25,967 nt of DNA from a virus (IMGVR_UViG_3300048578_000353:1-25967); one strand, 5' to 3'. Shown: positions 1 to 9,393, counted from the stretch's first letter. Translations and numbers: made by a program. Notes: a model not told the origin generated them from the sequence alone.

Positions 1-672
1 TCATAGCCCGCCTCCGATCTTTTCCACAATCACGCTTCGCGGACTAGGAGGAGCCACCTGGTCATAAAACGCTACAACTTCAACGGTGTTCTCATCCTCG
101 ATGCCTTCCGCCGTAACCGATCGCACTCGGAATCGATGCGTGAGCGATTCGCTGTGAGACGCCGTGGCCGAAAATGTTTTTAAACCTTTCGTATAGCCCG
201 CCTGTCCGACCAGCACATCATCGCAGTACAGGTTGAATTTTCTCGGGCTCGCCTTTTCATTCGCCGCATCATATTTCCAGATCACCTGCGTGGCGGTCTT
301 ACTGACCACTTTCACCTGAAGGCCCCAAGGACTGTTGGCCTGGAATTTCGCAAGGTTGCCATCGGCGTCGAACGTAATCGATGTCACCACATCGGTGTTT
401 TGTTCCTCACATCCGCACGGGGCGATCGCCCGAAGGCCATAGCGATACGTCGCGTTGGGCTCATGCGGCATGTAGGTCATTTCCGTCACTTCGGCATCCG
501 TAGGCCCTGCGACGCCGACCGGCAAGTTGTAGTCGATCGCATCGTCGTTCGCTCCGGATCGATAAAGCAGATGCCCGCCGCCGACCAGCGGAAAAAACAT
601 TCCGCCCGTCAGATGGAAGCCCATCCGCCGCGATCGTCCGAACTCAGGATTTAAAGGATGCCGCCGATACAT
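1..672 (-). CDS. Tail-associated protein with two fibronectin-III/Ig-like beta-sandwich repeats
   Basis: 223 aa; Fn3-like strands YRYGLRAI..G.EE and HRFRVRSV..EG.ED..., ending APPSP; distal position in tail operon. Confidence 0.55.
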   Translation of the reverse strand: MYRRHPLNPEFGRSRRMGFHLTGGMFFPLVGGGHLLYRSGANDDAIDYNLPVGVAGPTDAEVTEMTYMPHEPNATYRYGLRAIAPCGCEEQNTDVVTSITFDADGNLAKFQANSPWGLQVKVVSKTATQVIWKYDAANEKASPRKFNLYCDDVLVGQAGYTKGLKTFSATASHSESLTHRFRVRSVTAEGIEDENTVEVVAFYDQVAPPSPRSVIVEKIGGGL

Positions 673-683
673 TCATGAACCGC

Positions 684-1775
684 CTATGCAAAGGTAATCG
701 CCGAACTCGCAAATACTTTTCCATTAATGACCGCATTCAAATACCAGGTTCCCGTCGTGCTGTGCCCGATCGAAAGAATGGCCTTGCCCGTGGCATCTCC
801 CACCGCCAGCCAGCGTTTCTTGGTCGTCGTTTCCTGCAGGAGAGTTCCCGTCGTAAAGCTCACCGTTCCATCCGGAGCTGTGGCCGTTTCCGCACCATAA
901 GCCGCATCCGAGAGCCAGCAGTGAAAGAGGAATCGATTGGCGTTGTTGTTGCCTTGGATGTCCTTGCCCTGGACCGTCACCGCGATCGTATTGCCCGATT
1001 CCGCCGCCACCGACAGGGTAATCGTCGGGATCGCATCGGCGATCGTATCGGCGAGTTTCGCCTCAGTCACACTGGCCGCTGCGAGCTTGCCGCTGGTCAC
1101 GGCGAGGTTTCCGATCTTTGCCTCCGTTACCGCCAAAGCCCCGAGTTTCGCCTCGATGACGGCCGCATCCGCGATCTTTCCGCTGCTGATGGCCAAAGCC
1201 GCAATCTTGGCCTCGGTCACCGCCAGATCCGCCAGCATCGCCGTCGCCACACCGCCCGCTACGATCGAAAAGCTGCCGCTATTGAACGCCAGGCCGCTGC
1301 CCGCCGCCAGGAGATAATAGGTCTGGAAGATCGGCCGGCAATCCGCGATCGCACTGATGGCCCCGTTGAGGGCCGTCACCTGGGCCAGGGGCAGGAACGT
1401 CGCCGGATCGGTTGGGAATCCCGTCGTATTGATCACCAGCGTATTGGCACTGTTAAGATAGACATAGTTCGTCGCATTATCGGTAACCTCTTCGGCGGAG
1501 GTCCCGGTATAGATCTTTGAAACCCCGTTTAAACGGTACGTAATCGGCCATATACCGATTTTTAAAACCGCCTCCTGGATCACACGGCCTTGGGCGATCG
1601 CCGCCAGGATTGCGTTGATCCGTTCCGCCTGCCGATTGACCTGGGTCAGCAGCGTCGGAGATGAGGTCGCCGAACACGACGCCGGCGGATAGGAGATTCC
1701 CGTCCGTACATCGGTCGTTCCGGCCAGACTCTCATAGCTGGCATCGGCTTTAAATAGTTCATTGGGCGTTGTCAT
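684..1775 (-). CDS. Putative tail fibre/spike protein
   Basis: 363 aa, Ala/Thr-rich; central 7x10-aa repeat (AVTEAKIA.L type) typical of trimeric phage fibres; downstream of tail-tip genes. Confidence 0.65.
   Translation of the reverse strand: MTTPNELFKADASYESLAGTTDVRTGISYPPASCSATSSPTLLTQVNRQAERINAILAAIAQGRVIQEAVLKIGIWPITYRLNGVSKIYTGTSAEEVTDNATNYVYLNSANTLVINTTGFPTDPATFLPLAQVTALNGAISAIADCRPIFQTYYLLAAGSGLAFNSGSFSIVAGGVATAMLADLAVTEAKIAALAISSGKIADAAVIEAKLGALAVTEAKIGNLAVTSGKLAAASVTEAKLADTIADAIPTITLSVAAESGNTIAVTVQGKDIQGNNNANRFLFHCWLSDAAYGAETATAPDGTVSFTTGTLLQETTTKKRWLAVGDATGKAILSIGHSTTGTWYLNAVINGKVFASSAITFA
1047..1256 (-). repeat. Seven tandem 30-bp (10-aa) coding repeats in fibre gene
   Basis: GGVATAMLAD LAVTEAKIAA LAISSGKIAD AAVIEAKLGA LAVTEAKIGN LAVTSGKLAA ASVTEAKLAD. 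Confidence 0.9.
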
Positions 1776-1801
1776 GAATTTAAACTCCGTTTAAATGAGC
1801 G

Positions 1802-2287
1802 TTAATTTCTACGCAGGCTTCGGCTGGGTATAAACCCGAACACGAACGTATTGGTTGTCTGGTCGTAACTCTGTCCCTTCAGGCTCGCCGGCGGCGTCGG
1901 CTCTTCACAGACCCACACGTTGAATGTCTTCCACTGGCCCGATGCCGTCGCATTACACAGGAAGTCAAACGCCTGGATCGCAAAGTGGTAAAGCCCGGCC
2001 CGCCGAATCTCTCGATTCAGCAGTTCCACGCTACCCATCGGTGTCGCAAACGATCCGGCGGCATACGTGCGGTTGGCAAACGTGCAATCGCTTTTTGCTC
2101 CGCCGCAAAACGTCCCGGCCCCGAAAATCCGCTGCGAGAAGATCGGCCCGAGTTCCTGATTCGGGAAAACGGCGATCTTCTCGACCAGCGTCTCGAGCTC
2201 GCCGCCGTCGCCGCGATCCCAGAGCAGCCGAAGATAATCTCCGGGCAGATAGTCGGTCGATTGCAATGTCGAAATCTTCACTCGCAT
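1802..2287 (-). CDS. Tail-tip accessory protein (Fn3-like with Phe/Gly-rich insert)
   Basis: 161 aa; YHFAIQAFD...EPTPPASL resembles the 1-672 product; co-oriented in tail operon. Confidence 0.5.
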   Translation of the reverse strand: MRVKISTLQSTDYLPGDYLRLLWDRGDGGELETLVEKIAVFPNQELGPIFSQRIFGAGTFCGGAKSDCTFANRTYAAGSFATPMGSVELLNREIRRAGLYHFAIQAFDFLCNATASGQWKTFNVWVCEEPTPPASLKGQSYDQTTNTFVFGFIPSRSLRRN

Positions 2288-2297
2288 TATTTTCTTC

Positions 2298-2325
2298 CTG
2301 TAGTCTGCAGCCTGCAGACTGTCGT
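2298..2325. repeat. Heptamer tandem array / hairpin
   Basis: CTGTAGT CTGCAGC CTGCAGA CTGTCGT; contains inverted repeat AGTCTGCA-GCC-TGCAGACT; intergenic. Confidence 0.75.
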
Positions 2326-2332
2326 CGTTTTT

Positions 2333-4489
2333 TTATATTGTTTCACTCGCCATCCGGTGATCCGACAGACAGATCTCCGTACTCCATGATTTATCCGCCC
2401 GCCAGATGATCTGATATACCTCCGGCATGGCCGTATAGGTTCCGACCGACATCGCCAGTGGAATCTCCCGGCCGTCGATCTTTTCGACCACATCGCCGAT
2501 ATCGTATTCCGTCTCCAGCCAGGGCAGAACAAACCGCCCCGGTAACTGGTATTGAGCCTTGGCCTTGAGGATCGTCGAGGCCAGATCGATCGCTTTTTTT
2601 CGATCGTCGTATTCCTGCACCGGCAACTTTTTGTAGGCGTCGCCCGTGTATTTACTGCTTTTGAGCCGCTTCCAGAGCCGAAGATGCTTGTCTTCATGAA
2701 CGAGACAGTAGGGGACGGTTGCCCCGATCGATTGCTGGGCGTTGATTTCCACATCGAGCTCGACGCAAGCCGTCACCCGCACCCGGAACTTTTTATCCAG
2801 CATCGCCCACCAGGCGTTGGCGATCACGGGATCGTCCACACCGGACGGCATGAGCGTCGAGAGATCCCCAACGGCCAGATAAACCCCGCAGCGGTTTTCC
2901 AGATTCCGCACTCCGGAGTTCATCGCATGCCACGTCCCGCCGCCGTCAAAGCTGATTTCGGTTACGACGCCCTGGCTCTTGCCGCTGGCCTCGCAGGTCA
3001 GACACGGCCAGAATTTCCTGGGCCGTGTCGCCGTGGCCTTTTTCCAGTCGATCGCCGGATAATCGTTGCCGGTAAATTCTCCGGTCAGGTTGAGTTTCTC
3101 TACCAGGGAGAAAACCGCCCGGTTGTAGGGGAAGGGAAAATCGGTATTCGGTTCGAATCCCTCATCTTCATTGAGCACCCAAAGCCGGCCGTAGTTAAGC
3201 TTTTCACCGGCGGCTCCGCTGTCGGCATGGTACGTTCGGTACCAGACATCCGAGGTAAGATCCGAGGGGTCCATCAGCCAGTGTTTGGCGGCTGCGCTCT
3301 TGGCCGTCTTGACATCGGCGGGATTGTCCAGCACGGTATCGACCGGCCAGCCCGGTACCAGCTCCGCCGTAAACTCGACCCGCACCGGCGATCCCGAGAC
3401 ATTCACATACGTCACGATCTGGCTCGAATCGATGCCCAGGTAGATATCATCGATGTTATTGCGTTCGAGCAGCTCATCGTTGGTTTCTTTGGGCCATCCG
3501 TTACCGACGATATTTCTCTGCGGCTTTTCGAGCCTGAAATACCGCACCGTACCCGTTCCCGGAGCCCAGGCCCGGAAACTGAACGCGACCTCGGGCCGGG
3601 AGCTGTTCGAATAGCTCGCCGGATAACCGTATTTGATCCCCGCCGCCTTGGCCACTTTGTCGAGGACATCGAGCATGTGTCCCTGAAGGCTGATCTCCAC
3701 CGCCGGCTGATCGAGATAATAATCGATCTTTTCGTCTTTCGTCACGCCCATCAGCAGTTTGACAAAGTCGGAAAAGTCAATGATCGTAAAATCGAATTCC
3801 TTTTTGTCGCTGCCGGCATACCATCCGACAAGGTACCGGAACAGGTGACGATAGGTGAAGGGAAGGGCATTCGGATCGAAGCCGTCTTCCTGTCCTGAAA
3901 ATACCGGGCAGTCGATCACGCCGTCGACGGTCTCCCGCCGGAATGTCGTTTTCGACATATTGCCCTTGCCGCGATAGTTGGCGATCGCCGGTTTGGAGAT
4001 CACCAGGTAATTGCTCGCCATTTGGGCCGCGATCGTCTCTTCGCTTTCGCCCTCCAGGCTCTTGGCCAGGTTCGGGGCCCGAACGATCACGCGGCCGTTG
4101 ATCCAGACATTTCGCAGATCGTTACAGATGTGTTCGCAGTCCAGGGCCACACCTTCCTGATAGTTTTTTCCTTCGCCGCCGATTGTCAAGACGGGCCTGA
4201 CGATTCGGCCGGTAAAAAGGTTCGTAATCAGATCGGAATTTTCCTCGCCCGTATCGATCAGAATGTATTGGTTCAGGCCGGTATATTTCGCCAGGGCGGC
4301 GGCGGTATCGAACTCAGGGTCGAGGGCCACATCGACGATCGCCGATCCGCCAAGTTTGCCGGCACAAAGCTTGATCGTTGCCGGATGCAGTCTCGGATCG
4401 AACTGCCAGTGGATCCGGTCCTCGGAGGTGTACACAGCCGGGGGGCTGATCGTTGAACCGAGTTGTAAAGGCCGTCTGGTAATTCCCAT
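2333..4489 (-). CDS. Large tail-tip/baseplate hub protein
   Basis: 718 aa, two genes after tape measure; C-terminal YDIGDVV..I motif typical of hub-like tail proteins; call mainly from synteny. Confidence 0.55.
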   Translation of the reverse strand: MGITRRPLQLGSTISPPAVYTSEDRIHWQFDPRLHPATIKLCAGKLGGSAIVDVALDPEFDTAAALAKYTGLNQYILIDTGEENSDLITNLFTGRIVRPVLTIGGEGKNYQEGVALDCEHICNDLRNVWINGRVIVRAPNLAKSLEGESEETIAAQMASNYLVISKPAIANYRGKGNMSKTTFRRETVDGVIDCPVFSGQEDGFDPNALPFTYRHLFRYLVGWYAGSDKKEFDFTIIDFSDFVKLLMGVTKDEKIDYYLDQPAVEISLQGHMLDVLDKVAKAAGIKYGYPASYSNSSRPEVAFSFRAWAPGTGTVRYFRLEKPQRNIVGNGWPKETNDELLERNNIDDIYLGIDSSQIVTYVNVSGSPVRVEFTAELVPGWPVDTVLDNPADVKTAKSAAAKHWLMDPSDLTSDVWYRTYHADSGAAGEKLNYGRLWVLNEDEGFEPNTDFPFPYNRAVFSLVEKLNLTGEFTGNDYPAIDWKKATATRPRKFWPCLTCEASGKSQGVVTEISFDGGGTWHAMNSGVRNLENRCGVYLAVGDLSTLMPSGVDDPVIANAWWAMLDKKFRVRVTACVELDVEINAQQSIGATVPYCLVHEDKHLRLWKRLKSSKYTGDAYKKLPVQEYDDRKKAIDLASTILKAKAQYQLPGRFVLPWLETEYDIGDVVEKIDGREIPLAMSVGTYTAMPEVYQIIWRADKSWSTEICLSDHRMASETI

Positions 4490-4492
4490 ATT

Positions 4493-4888
4493 CTATTTTC
4501 TCAGTTGTGTGATCTTAAGTTCGTATGACTGGATCCAAAGATCGTCTGCATCCTTGTCTTGGGGAAGGTGGATCATCTGTCCGTTAAATTTCAGCGGCGG
4601 TTCGAGCACAATATTTTGGAACTTTCGATCGAAATGATCCACCAGTTCCGCCGCAGTCCCATCGACCATATAGGCCTCGATAGCGTCCACCAACTCGTCG
4701 ATCTCTTCCGGGCTTTCGGCCTCGAGGCGGCCCGAAATCGTCCCCGTGCGTCCCCGCCATCCTCCGGTAAAATGCAGCGTTCCGTGTACACCCGGAAAGG
4801 CCTTTTTCCAACTATCGACCTGGATCTCTTCAAAGACGATCGTGTGCGGGCCGCTGCCGAAGATGTCTTTGCCGTCAAAGCTGCTCAT
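4493..4888 (-). CDS. Distal tail (Dit-like) protein
   Basis: 131 aa immediately after tape measure (4-bp overlap); FPGVHG...GRTGTISGRL pattern of tube-fold tail proteins; synteny. Confidence 0.55.
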   Translation of the reverse strand: MSSFDGKDIFGSGPHTIVFEEIQVDSWKKAFPGVHGTLHFTGGWRGRTGTISGRLEAESPEEIDELVDAIEAYMVDGTAAELVDHFDRKFQNIVLEPPLKFNGQMIHLPQDKDADDLWIQSYELKITQLRK

Positions 4889-6903
4889 CGTGCCTCCCCG
4901 CTGCCTGTTTGGTTATTTGAATCGCCTCCGCCGATCGGATTGGATCCGGGACTCTTACGCGGATTGGACCGTCCGTCCTGGTAGATATACGTTCCACCGT
5001 TATAATTGACGACCTGCTGGTACCGTTGTCCGGCTTCTGTCATCCATTCATCCTTCATTCCATATTTGTTAGCCAGTAGCGGTACCATTTCAGGTTTTTT
5101 AAGAAATGAAATAAGGTCTGAAACTCTTCCTTCGCCTTCTGCATCTCCAGATTCTCTCGCTTTCATTTTCTTTTTTTCAAGATTTGAGAGCATTTCCTGG
5201 ACAACATACTCTTCTTCGAATACCTCTTGGCTGACTCTGAACGTCCCACCTCTAGATTTTTGAATATTGTATTCGGCCGTTGCTTTCTCTTGTAAACGAG
5301 CGTAATCCGTCTGGCCTCGTCCGGCATCCAGCTTCGAATTTTCGATATCAAGTTTGCTGGCCGCATCTTTGGCCATTTCAGATCCGGCATATTGCTCATT
5401 CTGACGAACGACATCCGCCGAACTAGCACCGGCAATCGCTTCCTTGATTGTTCCGGCCGTTTCCTTTTTTTGAGGACGAAACGTCCGGTTCAGTGTGACA
5501 TATTCCCGGCGTCCCATCGCCTGTTCTATTAGGGCCTGGTCTTCGCCGGAGGTCACCATGTTGATAATCATGTTCATTCGCTGGCTGGCATCTTTTATAT
5601 CGGAAAGATTTAACCCCTTTTCCGTCGCCTTAATGGACATCAGGGTCTTCATGCGGCCTTCAGGTTTGATGGCCGCCATCGACAGTTGACGAATGGCACT
5701 TTCCGCCTCACCTGCGTTGGCTGCCGCCTCTCGGATCCTTGTGATATACTCCAGCGACTGATCAAAGCCCATGCCGCCTTCAAGCAGGTTGTTGGCTCCC
5801 TCCTGGTACATCCGAAGAAAACCGCCAAGTCCTTCTTCGCCCGATCCGGAGGCCTTGTAAGCCGCCTTGAGTTTGGCGGCGTATTGATTGACGGAGTCTT
5901 GGGATTTCGTAGCCCCAAAACGTTTTAAGAGCTCACCGAAGGCCCCGGTATCTTCAACGGACAATTGATTGGTTCCTGCAAATGCCGCGATGGCCTGGCC
6001 GATAGGCATATTTTCGCGAATCTTTCCGCCGAGAATCGCATTGATTCGGGAGGCATAGGCGGAGGAGGTCTCCAGACTTTCAAATCCGCCGGCCTTGCCG
6101 ACGGAATCAGCCACCTGCCGGGCACGCCGGAAACCATCGTCGGAGAGATCGCCCATAGAAGAAGCGAGCCCATGCAGCGAGCCCTGGCTCTTTGAGGATT
6201 GTTCCGCAATTTGCTTTTGAATTTCCTTCACTTGTTCGAGATGGGATATATAATCCTTAATCATGCCGATAATGGCTTGAAACCCGACATAACCTGCGAT
6301 CCAACTCTTAACCCCACTGGCCAGGTTGTCGTACATTCCCTTGAGCCCGGAAAGTTTGCCTCCATGATCATCAGCGTCTTTCCCTGCAACCCCTAACGAC
6401 TCGTGAAGCTGATCAAAGTTTTCATGCACAGGTCCAAAGTCTTTAGCAACCTTTTCCAGATTACTGTCGAGATTTTTAAAAACATCTTCGCCGGCCTTTT
6501 TATCCAGAAGACTATTGATGAAGGTCCTGTCGATTACCGTCTTGGTTTTCCGGGCTTCTTCGCCAACAGACGACATTGCGGCAACATAATCGTTTAGAGA
6601 CGGCTTGGCGGTTTTGGCCGCGTCACCGCTGGTTGAAATAGCCTTGGAGTTGGCCTCGATGGCATCCGACTGAGCATCCTCGCCCACGGAAAACATCGCT
6701 GCTGAAAAATCGGCCACGGCGGGCTTCGCGGAGGCCGCCACCTGGCCGACCTGGGTGATGGCATTGGCGGCGGTCTGGGCGGCGGGGCTGGCCTTTTGAA
6801 CTTCGTCGCCGAAGGCCTTTTCCGCCTGCGCAAGATCATTGAGAGACTGCTTGACCGTCTCAACGCCGCTGATCTTCGCTTGTATTTCCAAACTATCCGT
6901 CAT
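4885..6903 (-). CDS. Tail tape measure protein
   Basis: 672 aa, Ala/Gly/Lys-rich helical; N-terminal LEIQAKISG, hydrophobic WIAGYVGFQAIIG segment; follows tail tube gene. Confidence 0.8.
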   Translation of the reverse strand: MTDSLEIQAKISGVETVKQSLNDLAQAEKAFGDEVQKASPAAQTAANAITQVGQVAASAKPAVADFSAAMFSVGEDAQSDAIEANSKAISTSGDAAKTAKPSLNDYVAAMSSVGEEARKTKTVIDRTFINSLLDKKAGEDVFKNLDSNLEKVAKDFGPVHENFDQLHESLGVAGKDADDHGGKLSGLKGMYDNLASGVKSWIAGYVGFQAIIGMIKDYISHLEQVKEIQKQIAEQSSKSQGSLHGLASSMGDLSDDGFRRARQVADSVGKAGGFESLETSSAYASRINAILGGKIRENMPIGQAIAAFAGTNQLSVEDTGAFGELLKRFGATKSQDSVNQYAAKLKAAYKASGSGEEGLGGFLRMYQEGANNLLEGGMGFDQSLEYITRIREAAANAGEAESAIRQLSMAAIKPEGRMKTLMSIKATEKGLNLSDIKDASQRMNMIINMVTSGEDQALIEQAMGRREYVTLNRTFRPQKKETAGTIKEAIAGASSADVVRQNEQYAGSEMAKDAASKLDIENSKLDAGRGQTDYARLQEKATAEYNIQKSRGGTFRVSQEVFEEEYVVQEMLSNLEKKKMKARESGDAEGEGRVSDLISFLKKPEMVPLLANKYGMKDEWMTEAGQRYQQVVNYNGGTYIYQDGRSNPRKSPGSNPIGGGDSNNQTGSGEAR

Positions 6904-6927
6904 TGTTTACACTTTCCATCGTTTCGT

Positions 6928-6964
6928 TTAAAACTCGATTCATCGGTGAAGACGAATCGAATTA
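6928..6964 (-). terminator. Conserved stem-loop copy 1 (terminator/attenuator-like) after tail tube gene
   Basis: Minus strand TCGATTCGTC-TTCACC-GATGAATCGA-GTTTTAA; near-identical copy at 9313-9349. Confidence 0.6.
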
Positions 6965-6970
6965 TTGATT

Positions 6971-7005
6971 CTTCAGACTCTAGCCCGTAGACCGGAGTCT
7001 GTAGC
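6971..7005. repeat. Heptamer tandem array
   Basis: CTTCAGA CTCTAGC CCGTAGA CCGGAGT CTGTAGC, just after tail tube stop codon. Confidence 0.7.
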
Positions 7006-7016
7006 CTTTTTATGGC

Positions 7017-7475
7017 TTACGTCGCCGCCTCGACCTTGACCAGGTCATCGATCGTCTTCCACGTTCCGTCGGTGTTCTGTTCATTATCCTGAATAAAGGT
7101 CACGCTCGTCTCGCCGTATTTCTGCTGGCCGTTCTGGGCGATATTGGAGTCGTCGCCCTCGAACAGGACATTCAAGAATGTCACTTTCTTTTTGGCTCCG
7201 GACTCGGCATCTTCACCGTAGGCCACCATGGGTTCAGGGGAACTCTTGAGGAGGGCGGATCGCTGGCCGTAGCCTTCGAAGGTTACCTTACCAGAAAGAT
7301 CCTGATTGACCGCATGGGAATTGGACGGCCCGGGTGCCCCGTCCGCGTTCTGTGATCGCATCATCTGACGTTTGACGCTGCTGGTGATGGAAAGCACACC
7401 GGGAATCGTTACGGGCGTTGTTGCCCCGAACTCTAATTTGTACACATTGATCAAGCGAATCAGTGTTACAGACAT
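7017..7475 (-). CDS. Major tail tube protein
   Basis: 152 aa beta-rich (IPGVLSITS...LSGKVTFE...VTFLNV); strong AGGAG SD; between tail terminator and tape measure; no sheath gene. Confidence 0.7.
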   Translation of the reverse strand: MSVTLIRLINVYKLEFGATTPVTIPGVLSITSSVKRQMMRSQNADGAPGPSNSHAVNQDLSGKVTFEGYGQRSALLKSSPEPMVAYGEDAESGAKKKVTFLNVLFEGDDSNIAQNGQQKYGETSVTFIQDNEQNTDGTWKTIDDLVKVEAAT

Positions 7476-7488
7476 GTTTTATCTCCTG

Positions 7489-7932
7489 TTATGGATTGCC
7501 TTTGGATCGATCGTAAACGACGCCGTATACGACCTTGTACAACGCGACATTTTTATTGGCCGGCAAAGGGTAGGTGTCATCCTCGACAAACGAGAGCTTC
7601 GACCAGACCCCTGGAACGGTGACATTGGCTTCCGACATCGATTCCAGCAGGGAAATCGCATCTTCGAGTTGATCACCGACCTTGTCTTCATGGCCCGAGA
7701 CGACAATGTGCATCTCGATGCCAAAATCGAATCGCACCAGGTTATCCGGTGCCGTCCGTGGATTACGGGCACCCGGCCAGATCGAGCACGCCGGCAGCGG
7801 ATCGAGGTTCCAGGGCTCGAAGTGGCAACGGACCACTTTATGAAAAAACGCCTTCTCCGCATTGGAAGGGTCTTTGATCCCTTCAATCAGCGTCTGAATC
7901 GTATTTAAAATGGTTTTTCGTTTCGTCGTCAT
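7489..7932 (-). CDS. Tail terminator/completion protein
   Basis: Start reassigned to MTTKRKTIL (7932); R..IL..I...I, LPACSIW and C-terminal V.Y pattern; synteny. Confidence 0.65.
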   Translation of the reverse strand: MTTKRKTILNTIQTLIEGIKDPSNAEKAFFHKVVRCHFEPWNLDPLPACSIWPGARNPRTAPDNLVRFDFGIEMHIVVSGHEDKVGDQLEDAISLLESMSEANVTVPGVWSKLSFVEDDTYPLPANKNVALYKVVYGVVYDRSKGNP

Positions 7933-7978
7933 TATTTGCCTTCGTGTTCTTCCGCTCTTCGTGGTTCCTTTTCTTTTC

Positions 7979-8635
7979 CTACGCTCCCAGGACCCGATTG
8001 ATCCGTTCCTGCAGATAGCCCGGTAACAGACCCGCGAGGCGGTCACGGGCTTGCCGCATGTAGCCATGCTCCGGAATCGTCACGCTTTTTTTGAGCACAA
8101 AGAGCGGCTTGAAATCGAATCGGACGCGGCTCTTGACCTGCGTTCCATCCGCCTTCGTCCAGGATACTTTCATAAACGACCGTTTTCGTTCGGCCAGGAT
8201 CAGATTGCCCGCCTTCGATCGAAAGCACATGAGGTTCAGCGTCCGAAGCGGCACATTGTATTTTCCCTGAATAACGCCCGATCCTGTGAGGGCCGACGGC
8301 AGGGGAATCGCCAGATATTTGCCTTTCTTGGCCGTGATGGTTTTTCCCTTTTCCTGTGTCTCGGCATACGCATCCGCCGGTCCTTTGGCCATGCCGACGA
8401 TGCCGCCGAGGGCATCCGGATCCGACCAGGTAAAGACGATCACCGATCGTCGCAGTGATCCGGTCCGAACATCCAGTAATTGCCCGGAGAGTTCTTCGGC
8501 CATAATAAAGCGCTGGGTATCCACCAGGGAATCCTGAAGGCCGCTGCGAAGGCCGTCGACGAGCTTATCGCCAATCCGCTTATGACGGCTGATTGTTTCA
8601 AGGGCTCGATTTGTCAGGATAATTTCCAGAATCAT
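7979..8635 (-). CDS. Neck/virion morphogenesis protein (HK97 gp10 / Mu gpG-like)
   Basis: 218 aa; VRTGSLRRS, YA..QE.G.TI, VTIPEHGYM motifs characteristic of this family. Confidence 0.75.
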   Translation of the reverse strand: MILEIILTNRALETISRHKRIGDKLVDGLRSGLQDSLVDTQRFIMAEELSGQLLDVRTGSLRRSVIVFTWSDPDALGGIVGMAKGPADAYAETQEKGKTITAKKGKYLAIPLPSALTGSGVIQGKYNVPLRTLNLMCFRSKAGNLILAERKRSFMKVSWTKADGTQVKSRVRFDFKPLFVLKKSVTIPEHGYMRQARDRLAGLLPGYLQERINRVLGA

Positions 8636-8650
8636 TTTTATCTTATTCGT

Positions 8651-9259
8651 TTAATACCGGTAATACCGATTGATCACGGCTTTGACCGATGACAGCCATT
8701 CGTCATTACTGGCGATCTGCCAGTTTCCCCCATTGACGCCGGCACTGGATACGCCCAGATCGCCGCGACGTTTCCATTGATACCGGCACTGTTCCAGCAC
8801 AGCGAACTGTATCTCCGCTGGTAACGCGGCCTGTCCGCTGCCGACGGTATCGTTCGGAAGGACATAACCTCCGGTATAGGTTACACGAACGCTTTGAGGC
8901 CCGACTCCCCAACGAAAGTTTTCACGGCGAAGGATACCGCTTTCTTTATCGGCGAAGAAGTTTTGTTTTTCCGTGAGAACATAGCCGTTGTCCCAGTCCT
9001 GGTACCGCGACTCGACGACATTCGAGATCGACTCGATCGGATACCGTTTCAAGCAGATGGTATTTCGACCGCCGTCGAGGATCTCGATGACGTTTTCACC
9101 GCGTCCCAGGATGCGGTGACAAGCGGTCTCAAACCGTCCTGAAACGGCCATTAAAAGCCCCGTTAACAGGGCATCATGTTTCGTCTCGGCATCGTCGACC
9201 TCCAGCCAGTTCTTAAGGCCCAGTCCGTTTCCCGAATTGTCATACAGTTTCGCCAGCAT
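8651..9259 (-). CDS. Head-tail connector (adaptor, gp6-like) protein
   Basis: 202 aa; LKNWLEV...HDALL..LL.AVS..FE..C.R, LKRYPI.SI, V.VTYTGGY, LPAEIQFA, terminal YR. Confidence 0.8.
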   Translation of the reverse strand: MLAKLYDNSGNGLGLKNWLEVDDAETKHDALLTGLLMAVSGRFETACHRILGRGENVIEILDGGRNTICLKRYPIESISNVVESRYQDWDNGYVLTEKQNFFADKESGILRRENFRWGVGPQSVRVTYTGGYVLPNDTVGSGQAALPAEIQFAVLEQCRYQWKRRGDLGVSSAGVNGGNWQIASNDEWLSSVKAVINRYYRY

Positions 9260-9267
9260 GTTTTACT

Positions 9268-9302
9268 CTTTAACTTCCAACTTTCAACGTCACACGTCCA
9301 AC
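9268..9302. repeat. Heptamer tandem array
   Basis: CTTTAAC TTCCAAC TTTCAAC GTCACAC GTCCAAC. Confidence 0.65.
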
Positions 9303-9312
9303 GCTGTCTTTC

Positions 9313-9349
9313 TTAAAACTCGGCTCATCGGTGAAGACAAGCCGAATTG
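9313..9349 (-). terminator. Conserved stem-loop copy 2 (terminator/attenuator-like) after decoration gene
   Basis: Minus strand TCGGCTTGTC-TTCACC-GATGAGCCGA-GTTTTAA; compensatory changes relative to copy 1. Confidence 0.6.
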
Positions 9350-9355
9350 TTTTTT

Positions 9356-9388
9356 CTGTCGCTGTAGACCGTAGCTGCAGCCTGTCGC
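9356..9388. repeat. Degenerate heptamer tandem array
   Basis: CTGTCG CTGTAGA CCGTAG CTGCAGC CTGTCGC, just after decoration gene stop. Confidence 0.65.
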
Positions 9389-9393
9389 CGGAT

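Noticed and set aside
3149-3161. GGTTCGAATCC tRNA T-loop-like motif
   Set aside because: Inside a coding gene with no acceptor stem, D-arm or anticodon arm.
2552-3898. 448-aa plus-strand ORF
   Set aside because: Antisense shadow of the tail hub gene in GC-rich DNA; no motifs.
7933-8067. N-terminal extension of tail terminator ORF
   Set aside because: Overlaps upstream gene and a repeat spacer; ATG 7932 is the better start.
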